From the NCBI RefSeq assembly GCF_001194135.2, contig NC_068987.1, positions 24,517,587 to 24,581,586 of the forward strand: 64,000 nt of DNA, written 5' to 3'. This document shows, piece after piece, positions 1 through 13,500 of this stretch. The notes beneath the pieces were generated by a model, which was given only the letters and a program-made list of their open reading frames with translations, was not told the origin of the DNA and searched no databases. A program made the position numbers and the translations under genes. Within the stretch, counting starts at the first letter, position 1; each line of letters opens with the position of its first letter. The stretch comes from Octopus bimaculoides. Its lineage: Eukaryota.

Positions 1-2398
1 TTCCCCTGATAGTTTCTTGTTAAAACTTCTCAAATATTCCTGTTCATTTCTTCTTATTGTTCGATAAACATCTTATTTACTCAAATCCAGTTTACAACTG
101 ACACTTAGGGAATCGAATTATATAAAGATGATCGATATTTACCTCTATAAAGAATACATGCAACATTCTTAAGTACATTGACTTGAAAATGGAAATTAAT
201 GCTTGAGGTAAAAATTTTCTTGACGCTGGCATTGTTCACTCTGTCTGTTTAAATACATTGTGACATCTTTCTCTTGGATCTATTTTAATATGTAAGTATA
301 ATTTATATAAACGGTCTTTGTTGTTTACATGTCATAATACGCACATCTCTGTTTTGACGTGTTCGATAAAAGTAAAAAGAAATGGAAATAAAGAAGAAAT
401 TTCACGAAGGTAAGGATGTAGTGAGACGCAAAAGTGGCTGTGTGGTAAGAAGCTTGCTTCCCAACCATATGGTTCCGGGTTCAGTCCCATTGCGTGGCAC
501 TTGTCTTCTATTGTAACCGCGAGTTGACCAAAGCCTTGTGAGTGGATTTGGTAAGCGGAAAATGAAAGAAGCTTATATATACATACACAGGTGTGTTTTT
601 GTGTTTGTCTCCCACAACCCCTTGACAACCGGTGTTGGTGTGTTTACGTGCCCGTAACTTCGGCAAAAGAGACTAATATGATACGTACCAGGCTTGAAAA
701 TCTTCAAGGTTGTGCCCCAGCATGGCCGCAATCTAATGAGTGAAACAAAAGATAAAAGATGTTTTCCAATTGACACTCCATTCTGATATTCATTATTCCC
801 CACATCTTTGAACAGAAAGATAATGTTTATCTTTAATCATATGAATTCATTCTCTTGTTTAAGTATATTTCACCTTTATTTGTACCATGAAAACTTGACT
901 TATAGCTCCACACTGTATGCATTCATCAAAATATCTCTTTCACTGGCATATCTATACAAGTCTGCTCCCCAACTTTGTTTCCTTATAACTTTCAGATAAT
1001 AGATGTTCTTTAATGAAAAATTTCAGAATCACTTTTCAGATGCTAAAGATTACAGTTACATAAATTTGTTGTGAAAAATTTTTTCGGGAGGTGGTGGATA
1101 ATTCGCATGAGTTGACTTTGTGACATACCTACACAGTTGTGCAATGCCCTCATCCTTATTTACTCTCCTCTAACTCATGTACACAATCTTAGAACTATGT
1201 TCCTTCCATCACCTTTGAACAGTGTGTACTGGTGTTAGCTTTAATCCTTACCAGTTGTCATCAAGCTGTCCAAATGTCCCTGACCCAACAAACCAACTCA
1301 CCATTTCTTGACCATTTTTGTATCTTTAGGAAATCTTTCAAATAACTTCCAGGTACTTTTCTTTCATTAAAATGAAATGAAATAAAGGCATTTTCATGAT
1401 TATCTGACTTACACATCTTTTTATAGACAATTTATATATTCATACATTTTACTGGTTTCATTCACGGAACTTTAGCCATGCTGGGACATTGCTTTTAAAA
1501 GTTTAGTTGGCTTAAGCAGCTCCAGTAATAATTTCCGTCTGGTAATTATTTTATTGAGTCTATTTGTCAAACTGCTAACTGATGGGATATAAAGTGATGC
1601 AACATATATTAAATGTAGGCAGTCACACAATCAAACACACACACACATGCATGTACATTGTTCATAGACATTTGTTAGAGTTTTCTATCAACCAAATTCC
1701 ATTAACAAAGTATTGGGTATAAGAAAAGGCACATGTTCAAGGTGCTATAGTGTGGGGTTAAACCCAGAACCAAATGGTCACACAGTGACATTAACAAACA
1801 CAGGCATGCCTGTGACTATACATCTTTTCTCTGTGGATATTTTCTCTCTCTTCCTTGTTGTTCTATCTTTCAATATCTCTGGTTAAATGTCTTCTAACGT
1901 CCTTTGTATTGACTTTTAATTGTCTCATATTATACTGTCTCTATCTTTCAGTTATCTGGTATCATTGATGTGACAATTTCTCACACAACTAATTTGTGAA
2001 GAATATGAAAAACTGACCAGTGGCATTATAAAAAGACATGTGACAGAAGTGATATAATTTTAAAAGAGATTTTCTAAAGTTGATTGGAAATCTTTTTTGT
2101 GGATGATTTTATATGATGATGGATATCAAAAAATTTCACAACAATTTAATTAGAAAATAACAATCTTAACAAATGCATCCATCTTCACATACCATTGAAA
2201 AGTTGTTTTTAAAGCTAGGACACAATGGCAGATTTTTTTCAAATATTTGTTTTCTATTGTTGGTTAAGACTACCATCAGCATAATAATCATGTGTTCCAT
2301 GGCCTAGTATGTTAATCTCACTGTCACTTTGCCTTATAAACAACTAGTTTGGCTTCACAATATAACAGAAAGATTGTGTTTTGTGAACAAATAACATT

Positions 2399-3412
2399 AT
2401 GACAGAGAGACTGTGCGAGAATCTGGTTTATGAAGAAACACAAAATGAGAATAATGAATTTCCTCACCAAAGTGAAAATGTAGGGAAGAAATCATGCCAC
2501 TGTGACATCAAAGTAAAAACCTTTACCAGAAGTGAAGATATCAATGAACATAAATTATTTCACACAAATTCAAATGTTTACCATTGTAAAAATTGTAGTA
2601 AAGGGTTCAGTACAGATGCTGCTTTGGCATCACACAAATGTACACCTACTGGTGGCAAACCATACCACTGCAACATCTGTGGTAAAACATTTTCTCGAAC
2701 TGGACATTTGACTAGTCACAAACGTACACACACTGGAGAGAAGCCATTCCACTGTGAAATCTGTGGTAAAACTTTCTCTCATAACTGTGACTTGACTGTT
2801 CACAAACGTACTCATACAGGTGAGAAACCATACCACTGTAATATTTGTGGGAAAACATTCTCTCGCAATGATGTTTTAACAATTCACAAACGTACTCACA
2901 CAGGTGAAAAACCATACCACTGTAATGTCTGTGGTAAAACGTTTTCTGTGAATGAACATTTGACTCGTCATATACGCACACACACAGGTGAGAGACCATA
3001 CTACTGTGCATTGTGTGGTAAGACATTTTCTTCTAATAGTACTCTGACTGTTCATAAACGTACTCACACAGGTGAGAAACCATATCACTGCAATATCTGT
3101 GGTAAAACATTCTCTCATAACTGTGACTTAACTGTTCACAAACGTACTCACACAGGTGAAAAACCATACCACTGTGAATTGTGTGGAAGAACATTCTCTT
3201 TTAACTGTACATTAAATGTTCACAAACGTACTCACACAGGTGAGAAACTATACGGTTGTGATACCTGTGGTAAATCATTCTCTCGTAATGATATCTTGAC
3301 AGTTCATAAACGAACACACACAGGTGAGAAACCATACAACTGTGAGTTGTGTGGTAAAACATTCTCTTCTAATAGTACATTGGCTGTTCACATACGTACT
3401 CACACACGTTAG
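2399..3412 (+). CDS. C2H2 zinc-finger protein, 337 aa: 9 canonical fingers plus 2 degenerate N-terminal fingers
   Basis: Open ORF with tandem CxxC-x12-HxxxH fingers and TGEKPY linkers. Candidate splice acceptor (ctttcag) ends at 1951. Confidence 0.93.
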   Translation: MTERLCENLVYEETQNENNEFPHQSENVGKKSCHCDIKVKTFTRSEDINEHKLFHTNSNVYHCKNCSKGFSTDAALASHKCTPTGGKPYHCNICGKTFSRTGHLTSHKRTHTGEKPFHCEICGKTFSHNCDLTVHKRTHTGEKPYHCNICGKTFSRNDVLTIHKRTHTGEKPYHCNVCGKTFSVNEHLTRHIRTHTGERPYYCALCGKTFSSNSTLTVHKRTHTGEKPYHCNICGKTFSHNCDLTVHKRTHTGEKPYHCELCGRTFSFNCTLNVHKRTHTGEKLYGCDTCGKSFSRNDILTVHKRTHTGEKPYNCELCGKTFSSNSTLAVHIRTHTR

Positions 3413-5055
3413 AAACCATATCAAAGTGATATCTGTGATAAAATGTCCTTTCTTAACAATAACTTGACTGTTTGTAAACATACTGATGCTAGTGAGAAAC
3501 CATACCACTGTGATATCTGTGATAAAGTATTATCTAAGATTACTGATCTAACTAGTTACAAATACACTTGAAAAACTAACTTATTTAAAAAAAATATTAT
3601 TAGAATATATCCAAGCAGAGAGGTATGTACTAGACTGGAATTTAAGGTAAATCTTGGGAAAATTGTATAAAGATACTTTTAAACAGTTTTATTGTAAAAT
3701 GCTTTGTTTTAGAATTTTTGCATATCAAGTTTGACAGAAAGTCATTTAATTGATATCTGTAATATTTAACAGTCTCAATTCTCTACAACTCTCTTTGCAT
3801 GACACATTTTATTATTCAAAGGTGAAAAAGGAGTGTCCATTATCCTTGCAAGACCTCTGAAACATGGTGTGTAATGAAAATCACATGGGTCACTGCTTAC
3901 TAGCAAAGAAAGTATAATCAGAAGATATTAATTATAGAGAGCATATTATGGATGCATCTAGTGGCAAGCTTCTGTTTGAGAACCATTTCCATCTTGAAAC
4001 TGCCAATGGAGATACTACACAAGGAAGTAGCCTATCAAAATATCAAATTATCTTCAGACCAGGGATCTAGTTTCAATGCTTTTGATAGAATGGACTATTA
4101 AAAGTGCACAAAGGCTGGGTGGTGGTGTTAAACTGAGCAACAGATTAGCTCTGTCATCCAAAGTGTCTACATAAGTGTGTGTGTTTGTGTGTATATAAAT
4201 GCAAGCATTGTTGTGTGGTAAGAAGTTTTCTTCCGAAACACATGGTTCCAGTTTCACTCCCACTGTGTGGCACCTTGGGCAAGTGTCTTCTGCTATAACC
4301 TTGGGCTGACCAAAGCCTTGTGAGTGGATTTGGTAGACAGAAACATATATGTACATATCTATGTGTGTGTCTTTATATTTCTGTTTGTTTCCCACCACCA
4401 CTTGACAACCAGTGTTGGTTTGTTTATGTCCCTGTAACTTTGAGGTTCAACAAGAGACTGATAAAATAAGTACCAAGCTTCAGAAAAATAAGTACTGGGG
4501 TCAGTTTGTTCCACTAACCTCTTGAAGGTGGTGCCCCAACATGGTTGCAGTCCAAAGACTGAAACAAGTAAAACAGATAAAAAATTACACATATATCTTT
4601 TATCTTTTACTTGTTTCAGTCATTGGACTGCAACCATGTTGGGGCACTGCCTTGAAGGATTTTAATTGGCTCAGTCAACTCCACTACTTCTCTCTTAAGC
4701 CTGGAACCTATTCTATCGTTTCCTTTTTGTTGAACCACGAAGTTACAGGGATATAAACAAACCAACACCGGTTATCAGGTAGTAGTCGGGGACAAACTCA
4801 AAGATATATATATGTATCATCATCATTTAATGTCTGTCTTCTATGCTGGCATGGGTTGGGCTGTTTGACAGGAGCCAGCCAGGTAGAGGACTACAACAGA
4901 CTACTTTGTCTGTTTTGGCATGGTTTTTTATGGTTGGATGCCCTTCCTGATATCAACTATCCCATAGAGTGGACTGAATGCTTTTTATGTGGCACCATCG
5001 CCGGCAAGTTCACCAAGTGACTTGCAAGACAAGGAATTTTGAGAGAGGAGGGGGC

Positions 5056-5096
<41 letters not shown>

Positions 5097-7689
5097 NNNN
5101 NNNNNNNNNNNNNNNNNNNNNNNNNNNNNNNNNNNNNNNNNNNNNNNNNNNNNNNNNNNNNNNNNNNNNNNNNNNNNNNNNNNNNNNNNNNNNNNNNNNN
5201 NNNNNNNNNNNNNNNNNNNNNNNNNNNNNNNNNNNNNNNNNNNNNNNNNNNNNNNNNNNNNNNNNNNNNNNNNNNNNNNNNNNNNNNNNNNNNNNNNNNN
5301 NNNNNNNNNNNNNNNNNNNNNNNNNNNNNNNNNNNNNNNNNNNNNNNNNNNNNNNNNNNNNNNNNNNNNNNNNNNNNNNNNNNNNNNNNNNNNNNNNNAT
5401 TATCTGGATTCCAGTGCTCCTGACCACTAGACTACACGCCTACTCAACACAGTTATAAATGCAGAACTGACAGTGCATGCTGTCTTGGGTACAGTTATGT
5501 CCCTTTATATGCTGTACGATTTGAAACCACCCCAGTAAATTTATGGCCGTGTACCAATGCAAAAAATCTGTATAATACATTACCCACCATAACATAAATT
5601 ATTCATACGTGTACAGATATCTGTGTGTGTGTATACTTATATGCTTACAACTTAATATGTGGTTGACATGATTACCTTAATAAGTCAGTACCAGTATTGT
5701 CTAACTAACACAGAAATACTTTAAAGCAAAACATGAATATCAAATGTAGAGTATATTGTGATTGTGAAGAAACCATGTTATTTTGACTCTGATAATATAT
5801 ACACTGGTAGATATAATAAAAATATTACTTTTGTGCTGTGGAATCTCCATGAGTACTAAGACAAAAGACTGGTGATACATGCCACAAATTGTGATAGGTA
5901 TTACTGCTGCTATTATGTTTGACATTTCACACAATACAAATAAATAAAGTATATTAGGAAAATAACTCTTTTATATTTTCTTCACTAAGAAATAAAATGT
6001 GTACTTAATTAAAAAAAAATATTTCCAGAATCTTACATATCAACAAATACCAACATAAAATATATAACAATGTAGTGAGATTGATGATGTTAAGTATAAC
6101 TAATATACGTCCTGTGATTTGAAACCTAGTCTAACAAGGAAGTGCAAAGAACACATTTCTTCAATTTTCTTCTAGACAATATAGGTGGTGCTCAATTTCT
6201 TGAACTTCTGCAAATTTATGCTTGTAGGGATAAAGTTGGCAGGAAGGTATTCTTGGAAGTTTGGAGTGAAGTGGCGATAGGATTGGATCGGTTGTTTTAT
6301 ATGATATCTGAAAGAGACAATAGAAGTGAGGATATTGGATGAGGGTGGAACACAACTGGTGGTTTAAAAAGAATGTGAGTAAAGTAGTTTCAATGGATCA
6401 TGCTAAATGAAGATACAGCACGATAAATTTTACTGTCAATCAAGATGATTTTCTTTTGGATGTTTTCTGAAATGTTTATGCATCATTGCCATTGTACACA
6501 TCTCAAAAAGTATAAATACAATAACAAAACATAGAAGACCCAGTGTGAATACAGTATGACAACTGGTGTTTTTAGTGGCAAGATACAACAATGTTTCAAC
6601 ACGAATTGACATCAAGAATCTTGCAAGATACATAAAAAGTATATGAAAGAGAGAGATGTGTGTGCATGTATATATAAATGAATACGTTCATTGTAAAATT
6701 TGTGTTGTCTTGGACATGGTTTCGCCCAATGTTTTCTTCAGCCAAATATTATCATCAATATTTTTATGTTCACTTTTCCATGTTGGCATGGATTGCACCA
6801 GACTTCTTAAGATAGTAAACTGGAATCAGATGCACTTTTTCTTTATGAACTTCAAAATAGACACACACATGCCCTTTTCTCTGGTGCATGGTAAAGTGAA
6901 CAACTATGTGATTACATGAAAAGGCAATTCACACCAATATCAGTGAACTGACTCCTGTGCAGGTGGCATGTAAAAAAACACCATTTGAGCGTGGCCGTTG
7001 CTAGTAAAAAGCCATCTGGTTCGCCAGTCCCCAGTCAAATCGTCCAACCCATGCTAGCATGGAAAGCGGACGTTAAATGATGATGATCAGTCATTTTTTC
7101 AATCCACTGAGGAGTACTGCTGACTATGAATGTATATGTGTTTTTTTTTTTTTTAAATTTAATCTGTGGTACAGAAATACAAAAGTACTCCCTACAACCT
7201 TGTATTAGTAGTCTATCTGATCACCATCATCTTTTTATATCCATTTTTTTCTTTTGTATGCTTCCATTGGTTGGATGGTCTTTTCTGGCAGTCTCTCAAG
7301 TGTTTAAGAGATTCTGCTCCCTGAGGTTAGCCTTCACCAATTCTTTCCATGCCTTTTATAGTCATTCCTTTCACTTGGACCTTTTGATATTTCTTTGCCA
7401 TCTCCCATATCACATGTATATCAGTCTTCTCTCTTGCACATTACATGTGAGTCATGTTGTTGGGTTGTATAGTATGATAATTATTGTGTCTGGTAATATA
7501 CTCTGTGTTGTTCTCTAGTATGACCGGAGGTATTGTTGGGTGTTGTAAATTTAAGGATCAGGTGTAAGTGAGTGGTGGTAGTCAGTTGGTGTATTGGGTT
7601 TATATGTATGGAGCTGGGGGTTATGTTGAGTTAATTTGTTAGGATGGGGGTTAGCCTGTTGTAGATTTCGGAGTTTTTTGTTGTTAAAA

Positions 7690-8410
7690 TGTTGACAACA
7701 CAAATTTCTTTATAATCGTAATCTGTACTGTTTAAAAGGTGTTTCCATAAAATTTCATCAAAAGATATCCATTTTCCTGAAAGTTATGAATGGAAAAAAA
7801 ATGGATCATGTAAATTTTCCGAAATCTTCTCCCCCACTCCTTCGGAAAACATTTTCCCCAGAAATTTCTTTATAATCGTAATTTGTGCCATTTGAACAGT
7901 ATTTCTATAAAATTTCAGCAATATATATCCATTTTCCTGAAAGTTATGAGAGAAAAATTGGATCTTGTGAATTTTCTGAGAGTACCCCCACCGCCCGTTC
8001 GTTTGTGCAAATTTTTGCTTTCGTATTCGTTTTTTACGCATGTTTACATCAAGTAGGCTGGGTTTTTTTTCCTGGCGGGGGCTTAAAGCGTATTGTAAAA
8101 ATTTTTTTTCACAAAGTAAAAGATGCAGTAAATATCTTCACCNNNNNNNNNNNNNNNNNNNNNNNNNNNNNNNNNNNNNNNNNNNNNNNNNNNNNNNNNN
8201 NNNNNNNNNNNNNNNNNNNNNNNNNNNNNNNNNNNNNNNNNNNNNNNNNNNNNNNNNNNNNNNNNNNNNNNNNNNNNNNNNNNNNNNNNNNNNNNNNNNN
8301 NNNNNNNNNNNNNNNNNNNNNNNNNNNNNNNNNNNNNCAATTCCCCCCGAATTTTTTTTTTTGCGAAATACGTAGAAAAATACGAAGATTAGGATTCTGA
8401 AAAAAATTGT
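7690..8410. mobile_element. Degenerate MITE with subterminal motifs like the 49660 element; gap-interrupted
   Basis: Two copies of aaaatttca...atatccattttcctgaaagttatga, the motif also present in the 49660 arms. Confidence 0.5.
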
Positions 8411-9079
8411 TTGTAAAATTTGGCATAGCAATGTCATGGGTCAAATGGAGCGAGTGAGTGATTTCATATGTGTGTGTGTGTGTGTATAGTAGAAGTAAGG
8501 ACCCAAACCCTTCAAAAGGATGTTTAGCATCTAAGTTCCTGAGGAAAAGCCTAATTTGTGATTTCAAAAGTATTATATTTTCCTCAAGGTTACGAGAGAA
8601 AAACTCGGATGCCATGCATTAAGCATCAACTGAGCAGTGTTATGATTTTCTGGAGACAGAAAAACTTTATATATCTTGTACTCTATAGCTTATACTGTTT
8701 TTTTTTGTTTTTTTTTTAATTTCAGAATCAAACAACATCAACGTAAAAGAATCATTTACTTCATCAAAGGTGTATATCTTTTAAAGGCTGAATAGTAATG
8801 TTTTACAGAACAGATGTAACTCCTGCCTTTTCTTTGGCAGACTTACTGTCAAACATTTCCTCATGACATTTGCTACTAGCAAAATGTGTCCACTTCACTT
8901 TTCGGAACAAGATGATTTTGCATTCTAATTAAACTTGGACAAATATAACAAAGATGTTTGCAGTATATTGAAATACCAACAACAATAAGTTGATGGAAAT
9001 ATAGCAGTAGAGATATTTGTTTGGAATAAATTATAAAATAAAAAGGAAAATATACATATATTGTGTTTAGAGAAGAAAA

Positions 9080-10096
9080 ATGATGGGAAATGATTTATGC
9101 AAGAACCAACTTAAATGTGAAAAACAGTTGAAAAGGGTTGATTTTCCTGATGAGATGCTGAAAGAGATAGGAAAATCATCATACCACTGTGATATCTGTC
9201 AAAAGTCATTCTCTCAAAAAAGTAATCTAACTACTCACAAACGTATTCATACAGGGGAAAAACCATACTGCTGTGATATTTGTGGTAAATCATTCTGTCA
9301 GAGATATAGCTTAACTAGTCACAGACATATTCATACTGGAGAGAAACTGCATCAATGTGATATCTGTGGTAGATCATTTGCTGAAGGAAGTGTCTTAACT
9401 AAACACAAACGCATTCATACAGGAGAAAAACCATACAACTGTAATATCTGTGGTAAATCATTCTCTGCAAGAAGTAGCTTAACTACTCACAAAAATATCC
9501 ACACAGGAGAGAAGCCATATCACTGTGATCTGTGTAGTAAATCATTCTCTGCTAGAAGTAGCTTAATTAATCACAAATACATTCATACAGGAGAGAAGCC
9601 ACATTGCTGTGATATCTGTGGTAAATCATTCTCTCGAAATGGTGACTTAATTATACACAAACGCATTCATACAGGAGAGAAGCCATATCAGTGTGATATC
9701 TGTGGTAAATCTTTCTCTGAAGGCAGTGTCTTAACTAAACACAGACGCATTCATACAGGTGAGAAACCTTATCATTGTGATATCTGTGGTAAATCATTCT
9801 CGCAGACAGGCCACTTAACAACTCACATACTTATTCATACAATAGAGAAGCCATATCATTGTAGTATCTGCAATAAATCATTCTCTGAAATGCGCAAATT
9901 AATTACTCATGAGCGAATTCATACAGGAGAGAAGCCATATCACTGTGATATTTGTGGTAAATCATTCTCTGAAGGAACCGTCTTAAATAAACACAAACGT
10001 ATTCATACAGGAGAAAAACCATATCACTGTAATACCTGTGGTAAATCATTCTCTCAGACAGGTCATTTAAAAACTCACAAACACATTCATACATGA
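9080..10096 (+). CDS. C2H2 zinc-finger protein, 338 aa, 11 fingers
   Basis: Tandem fingers with TGEKPY linkers. Polypyrimidine tract plus aatttcag acceptor ends at 8725. Confidence 0.93.
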   Translation: MMGNDLCKNQLKCEKQLKRVDFPDEMLKEIGKSSYHCDICQKSFSQKSNLTTHKRIHTGEKPYCCDICGKSFCQRYSLTSHRHIHTGEKLHQCDICGRSFAEGSVLTKHKRIHTGEKPYNCNICGKSFSARSSLTTHKNIHTGEKPYHCDLCSKSFSARSSLINHKYIHTGEKPHCCDICGKSFSRNGDLIIHKRIHTGEKPYQCDICGKSFSEGSVLTKHRRIHTGEKPYHCDICGKSFSQTGHLTTHILIHTIEKPYHCSICNKSFSEMRKLITHERIHTGEKPYHCDICGKSFSEGTVLNKHKRIHTGEKPYHCNTCGKSFSQTGHLKTHKHIHT

Positions 10097-10659
10097 GGGA
10101 AAGCATACTGTCGCAAATCATTCTCTCAAAAGTATCACTTGACTATGTGTGTAAAAATTTTGTTTCAATTTGATTAAAATACCAACAACTTCAGAACAAA
10201 ACATCTCATTAAAGTTTACCTGCATTGAACATCTCTGTCACTCACTCCCACTCCATTTGTTGTTTTAGGTTCCTTCTGCCAGTGTAACCAATGTGAAACA
10301 CGTATTTTGTTTATACNNNNNNNNNNNNNNNNNNNNNNNNNNNNNNNNNNNNNNNNNNNNNNNNNNNNNNNNNNNNNNNNNNNNNNNNNNNNNNNNNNNN
10401 NNNNNNNNNNNNNNNNNNNNNNNNNNNNNNNNNNNNNNNNNNNNNNNNNNNNNNNNNNNAAAAATGTGTCCATCGGTGTTCCTTATTTAAAAATTTTTTT
10501 AGAAAACTATTTCATTAAGCAGTATGAGACAAATGCAAAAAATAAACAGAGTGACTCCAGCTCATGTTGAATGATTTAGAAAGTATGAATATTATAAAGA
10601 ACAGATTCAACAGCTTCAAACTCCAAAGTGTTACTAAAAAAAAAAAAAAGAATATAGCT

Positions 10660-10950
10660 TATTATAGATATTGATTTGGTTTATTAACTCCAGGAAACCT
10701 GCCAGTCACCTGTTCACCTACCAGTCTGGTGGGCACACTAGTCAGATTGACTACATTCTCGCTAGGAAACTGGAAAGATGGCTACTTAGAAATGCCAAAA
10801 CTTTCCCAGGTGAAGAATGTACCCCACAACATAGATTAGTAGTTAGTGACTTCAGGATTAGTGCTAAATGGCTGCCCAGAAGACGACCAGCATGGAAAAG
10901 ATGGGTCTGGAAGCTTAAGAATCCTCTGAATGGACAGAGATTTAGAGATT
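10660..10950 (+). mobile_element. RTE LINE fragment (endonuclease C-terminal part)
   Basis: SQIDYIL...NAKTFPGEECTPQHRLVVSDF...WKLK. Confidence 0.85.
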
Positions 10951-11890
10951 TAGGGGCTAGCCAGATTGGAGCAATCTCGAATATAACCAGCTGAAATTGC
11001 AAAGATATCTGAAACTCAACTGAGGAAAGAAAACTCCGAATGACCCGTCCTTATTTTCTTTGTATCGTCTATCCGGATGTTTTGTTGTCCTTTTTTTGTA
11101 TCACTTAATTGTCTGGATGTTTTGCGTGCTTGTCCCATTTTGTATTTTTTAAATATATATATATATATATATATATATAGTGGCGTACGTACACTTTGGT
11201 CTCTTATATGTAAGTGTATATTTATCTAAATCTTGTACAACTCTATTCTTTTATTCTTTCTTTCTTTCTATCAGCCCTTTCACGCTTACTTCGTTCTTTC
11301 ATTCCCCCTCTCTCACATTTCCTTGCCTTCTCATCATGCTCACTTTCCCTCCCCTTTTCACTTCACTGCGTCCCTGTCATTTTTTCTTGCCCTTCCTTAT
11401 TTCTTCTGTCCTTCTGCCTCTACCTCTCTCTCTCCACGTGACCGTTGTTCGGTCAAGCCTGACCTTTCTTTCTTGGTTTGGCCGCCGTCCGTGCAACATC
11501 TATATTCCTTCCTGTGCCTGTGAAATCTTGTATCCCTGTCGTAAGGCTTTATCTCCACACACACCAGCTTAATTTAATTCGTCTTTAGTTGAAAGACACC
11601 TGTTATTAGTATTTGTGTAACAATCTGGTTTTTTTCCGTCCTTGTTTTTGTATACATTCGCTGCTTTCTTCCAAGGAATCTAATGCCCATAGCTTAGTTT
11701 TTCCTTGGGGCTGGCCAGATTGGAGCAATCTCGAGTATAACCAGCCGAAATTGCAAAGATAATCTGGAACTTGACTGAGGATAGAAAACTCTGAATGACC
11801 CGTACTTATTTTCTTTGTATCGTCTATCTGGATGTATTGTCGTCCCTTTTTTATATCACCTAACTGTCTGGATGTTTTGCATTCTTGTCC

Positions 11891-11900
<10 letters not shown>
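10951..11900. repeat. Unclassified repeat: two direct copies of about 200 bp (10951-11150 and 11708-11900), each followed by (TA)n
   Basis: ggggct(a/g)gccagattggagcaatctcga...cttgtcccatt is shared at high identity. Confidence 0.75.
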
Positions 11901-11923
<23 letters not shown>

Positions 11924-12599
11924 CATATATAGATATATAATATATTACTTGTTTCAATCAGACTATGGCTATGCTTGGGCACCACCTTAAGTAATTTCCT
12001 TTTTAGTCGAATGAATCAACTTATTGTTTTGTTTTGTTTTTTTGTATCAATTCTGGCATTTATTCTAATTGGTCTCTTTTGTGAAACCACTAAGTTATGG
12101 GGACATAAACAGAATGACTCTGGTTGTTAAGAAGAGAGTAGAGGGAGAGAGAAAGAAACTCCAGACAATATAAAATCAATAGTAAGAACAAAAATAACAA
12201 TAAAATAATATAAATAGTAATAGCAATAATATAAGGGAGAATACTAAATTTTATTAGAACATTTAATACAAAGAAACAGGAAAGAAGAGAGACAATAAAA
12301 ATAAAAAGAAAAAAGATGGGGGGTAAAGCACCAGATGGGGCTATGAGCCACCACATACCCCATAAAAAATGGTGTGCTCAACCATGCTCCACAGTAATCA
12401 CTGCCACAGAGAATGGCCAGCAACCTCACAGGGTGTATTTCTCCAACAAGCTGTCGTTATCCCTGTTTTGTACAGGAAATCAGTACAATGGGGTCCTAGA
12501 ACATCTGACATCTCAAGCCGACCAGGCCCCTGTATTTATTAATTTGAACTATGTACTACTATTTGGCTGTGAGGCAGAACAGAGAAAGGCTAGGTGGTA

Positions 12600-13500
12600 C
12601 TAGTCTAGTGATGTCTCTAGCTGCTTGAGGGTTGGACTTTTTTATTCTGGGGGATGGTAAGCCCATCAGTGGACCATCTGGCTAGAGCCAACTCTGGTTC
12701 CTGGGCCACATTAGGTTTGGCTATCCCATGGAGTATCTTGACAATGAAGGTGCAGCTGGAAGAGACCAAAGAAAGATAGGCTAGCAGAGCCAGTCCACTG
12801 CAGATCACAGACCAAGGCCACCAAATCTAATAAGCAGTTTGACCTGCTGCCTGCCAGCATTGTCAAAACAGACTTTGCAGTTCAGTTCAGCACAGCTCTA
12901 GATGGTGTTATCAAAATTACTGAGGCAGCCTCTGAGATACTGACCATGGCACACTGTGTAGTGCAAAAAGGGGCTTAGCCAGAGCAAAGCAATTCTTCAG
13001 GAGGAAGAGTACTGGGTGCATGTCAATGAGGCACAATCTCTTGGTCAACTTGGAAGTCTGCAAGGTATTCAGGAGGATTGGGGAGCTAAGGATGTAGACA
13101 GTGTCCTTTGGTGTCAGCCAAACCCCCTCCAAGACAGACTGGATATTGAGTTAGGCATCTCAAAATTCAACCTCACCATCACTCACATTAATCACTTCTG
13201 ACTCGGATGGGTTGATCTCAAGCCCAATAAGCTTTAGGTAGGGAATAACCTGTTGAAGGTCCCTAACTACAGATTTAGCTGCACCACCTAGAGTTGCGTC
13301 ATCTAGGTACAAGACACTGAAGGGTGAGCAGACTGATTAGGTAACGTCATTGACAACCAGCACAGAAAGGAGCAGACCAAGATAATCCTGCTGGACACCT
13401 GTGGAAAAAACGATCCTGTTGTCAGCAACCATAAGTGAGCTAGGTGTACCATAGAAGTATACGAGTGGGTGTAATGAGGGGGTATGCCTTAGACAGTGAC
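12600..13500 (-). mobile_element. Decayed CRE-clade (restriction-like endonuclease) non-LTR retrotransposon fragment
   Basis: Minus-strand GVQQ...LGLLL (about 13390), YLDDATLGG...IGLEINPSESEV (about 13300-13200) and EP...DGLTIP endonuclease motif (about 12660). Confidence 0.7.

Noticed and set aside
3410-3412. A-to-I editing of the ZNF1 UAG to UIG (Trp) giving read-through
   Set aside because: The downstream fingers have lost zinc ligands (Cys to Ser, His substitutions), so read-through would add no functional fingers; there is no editing evidence.
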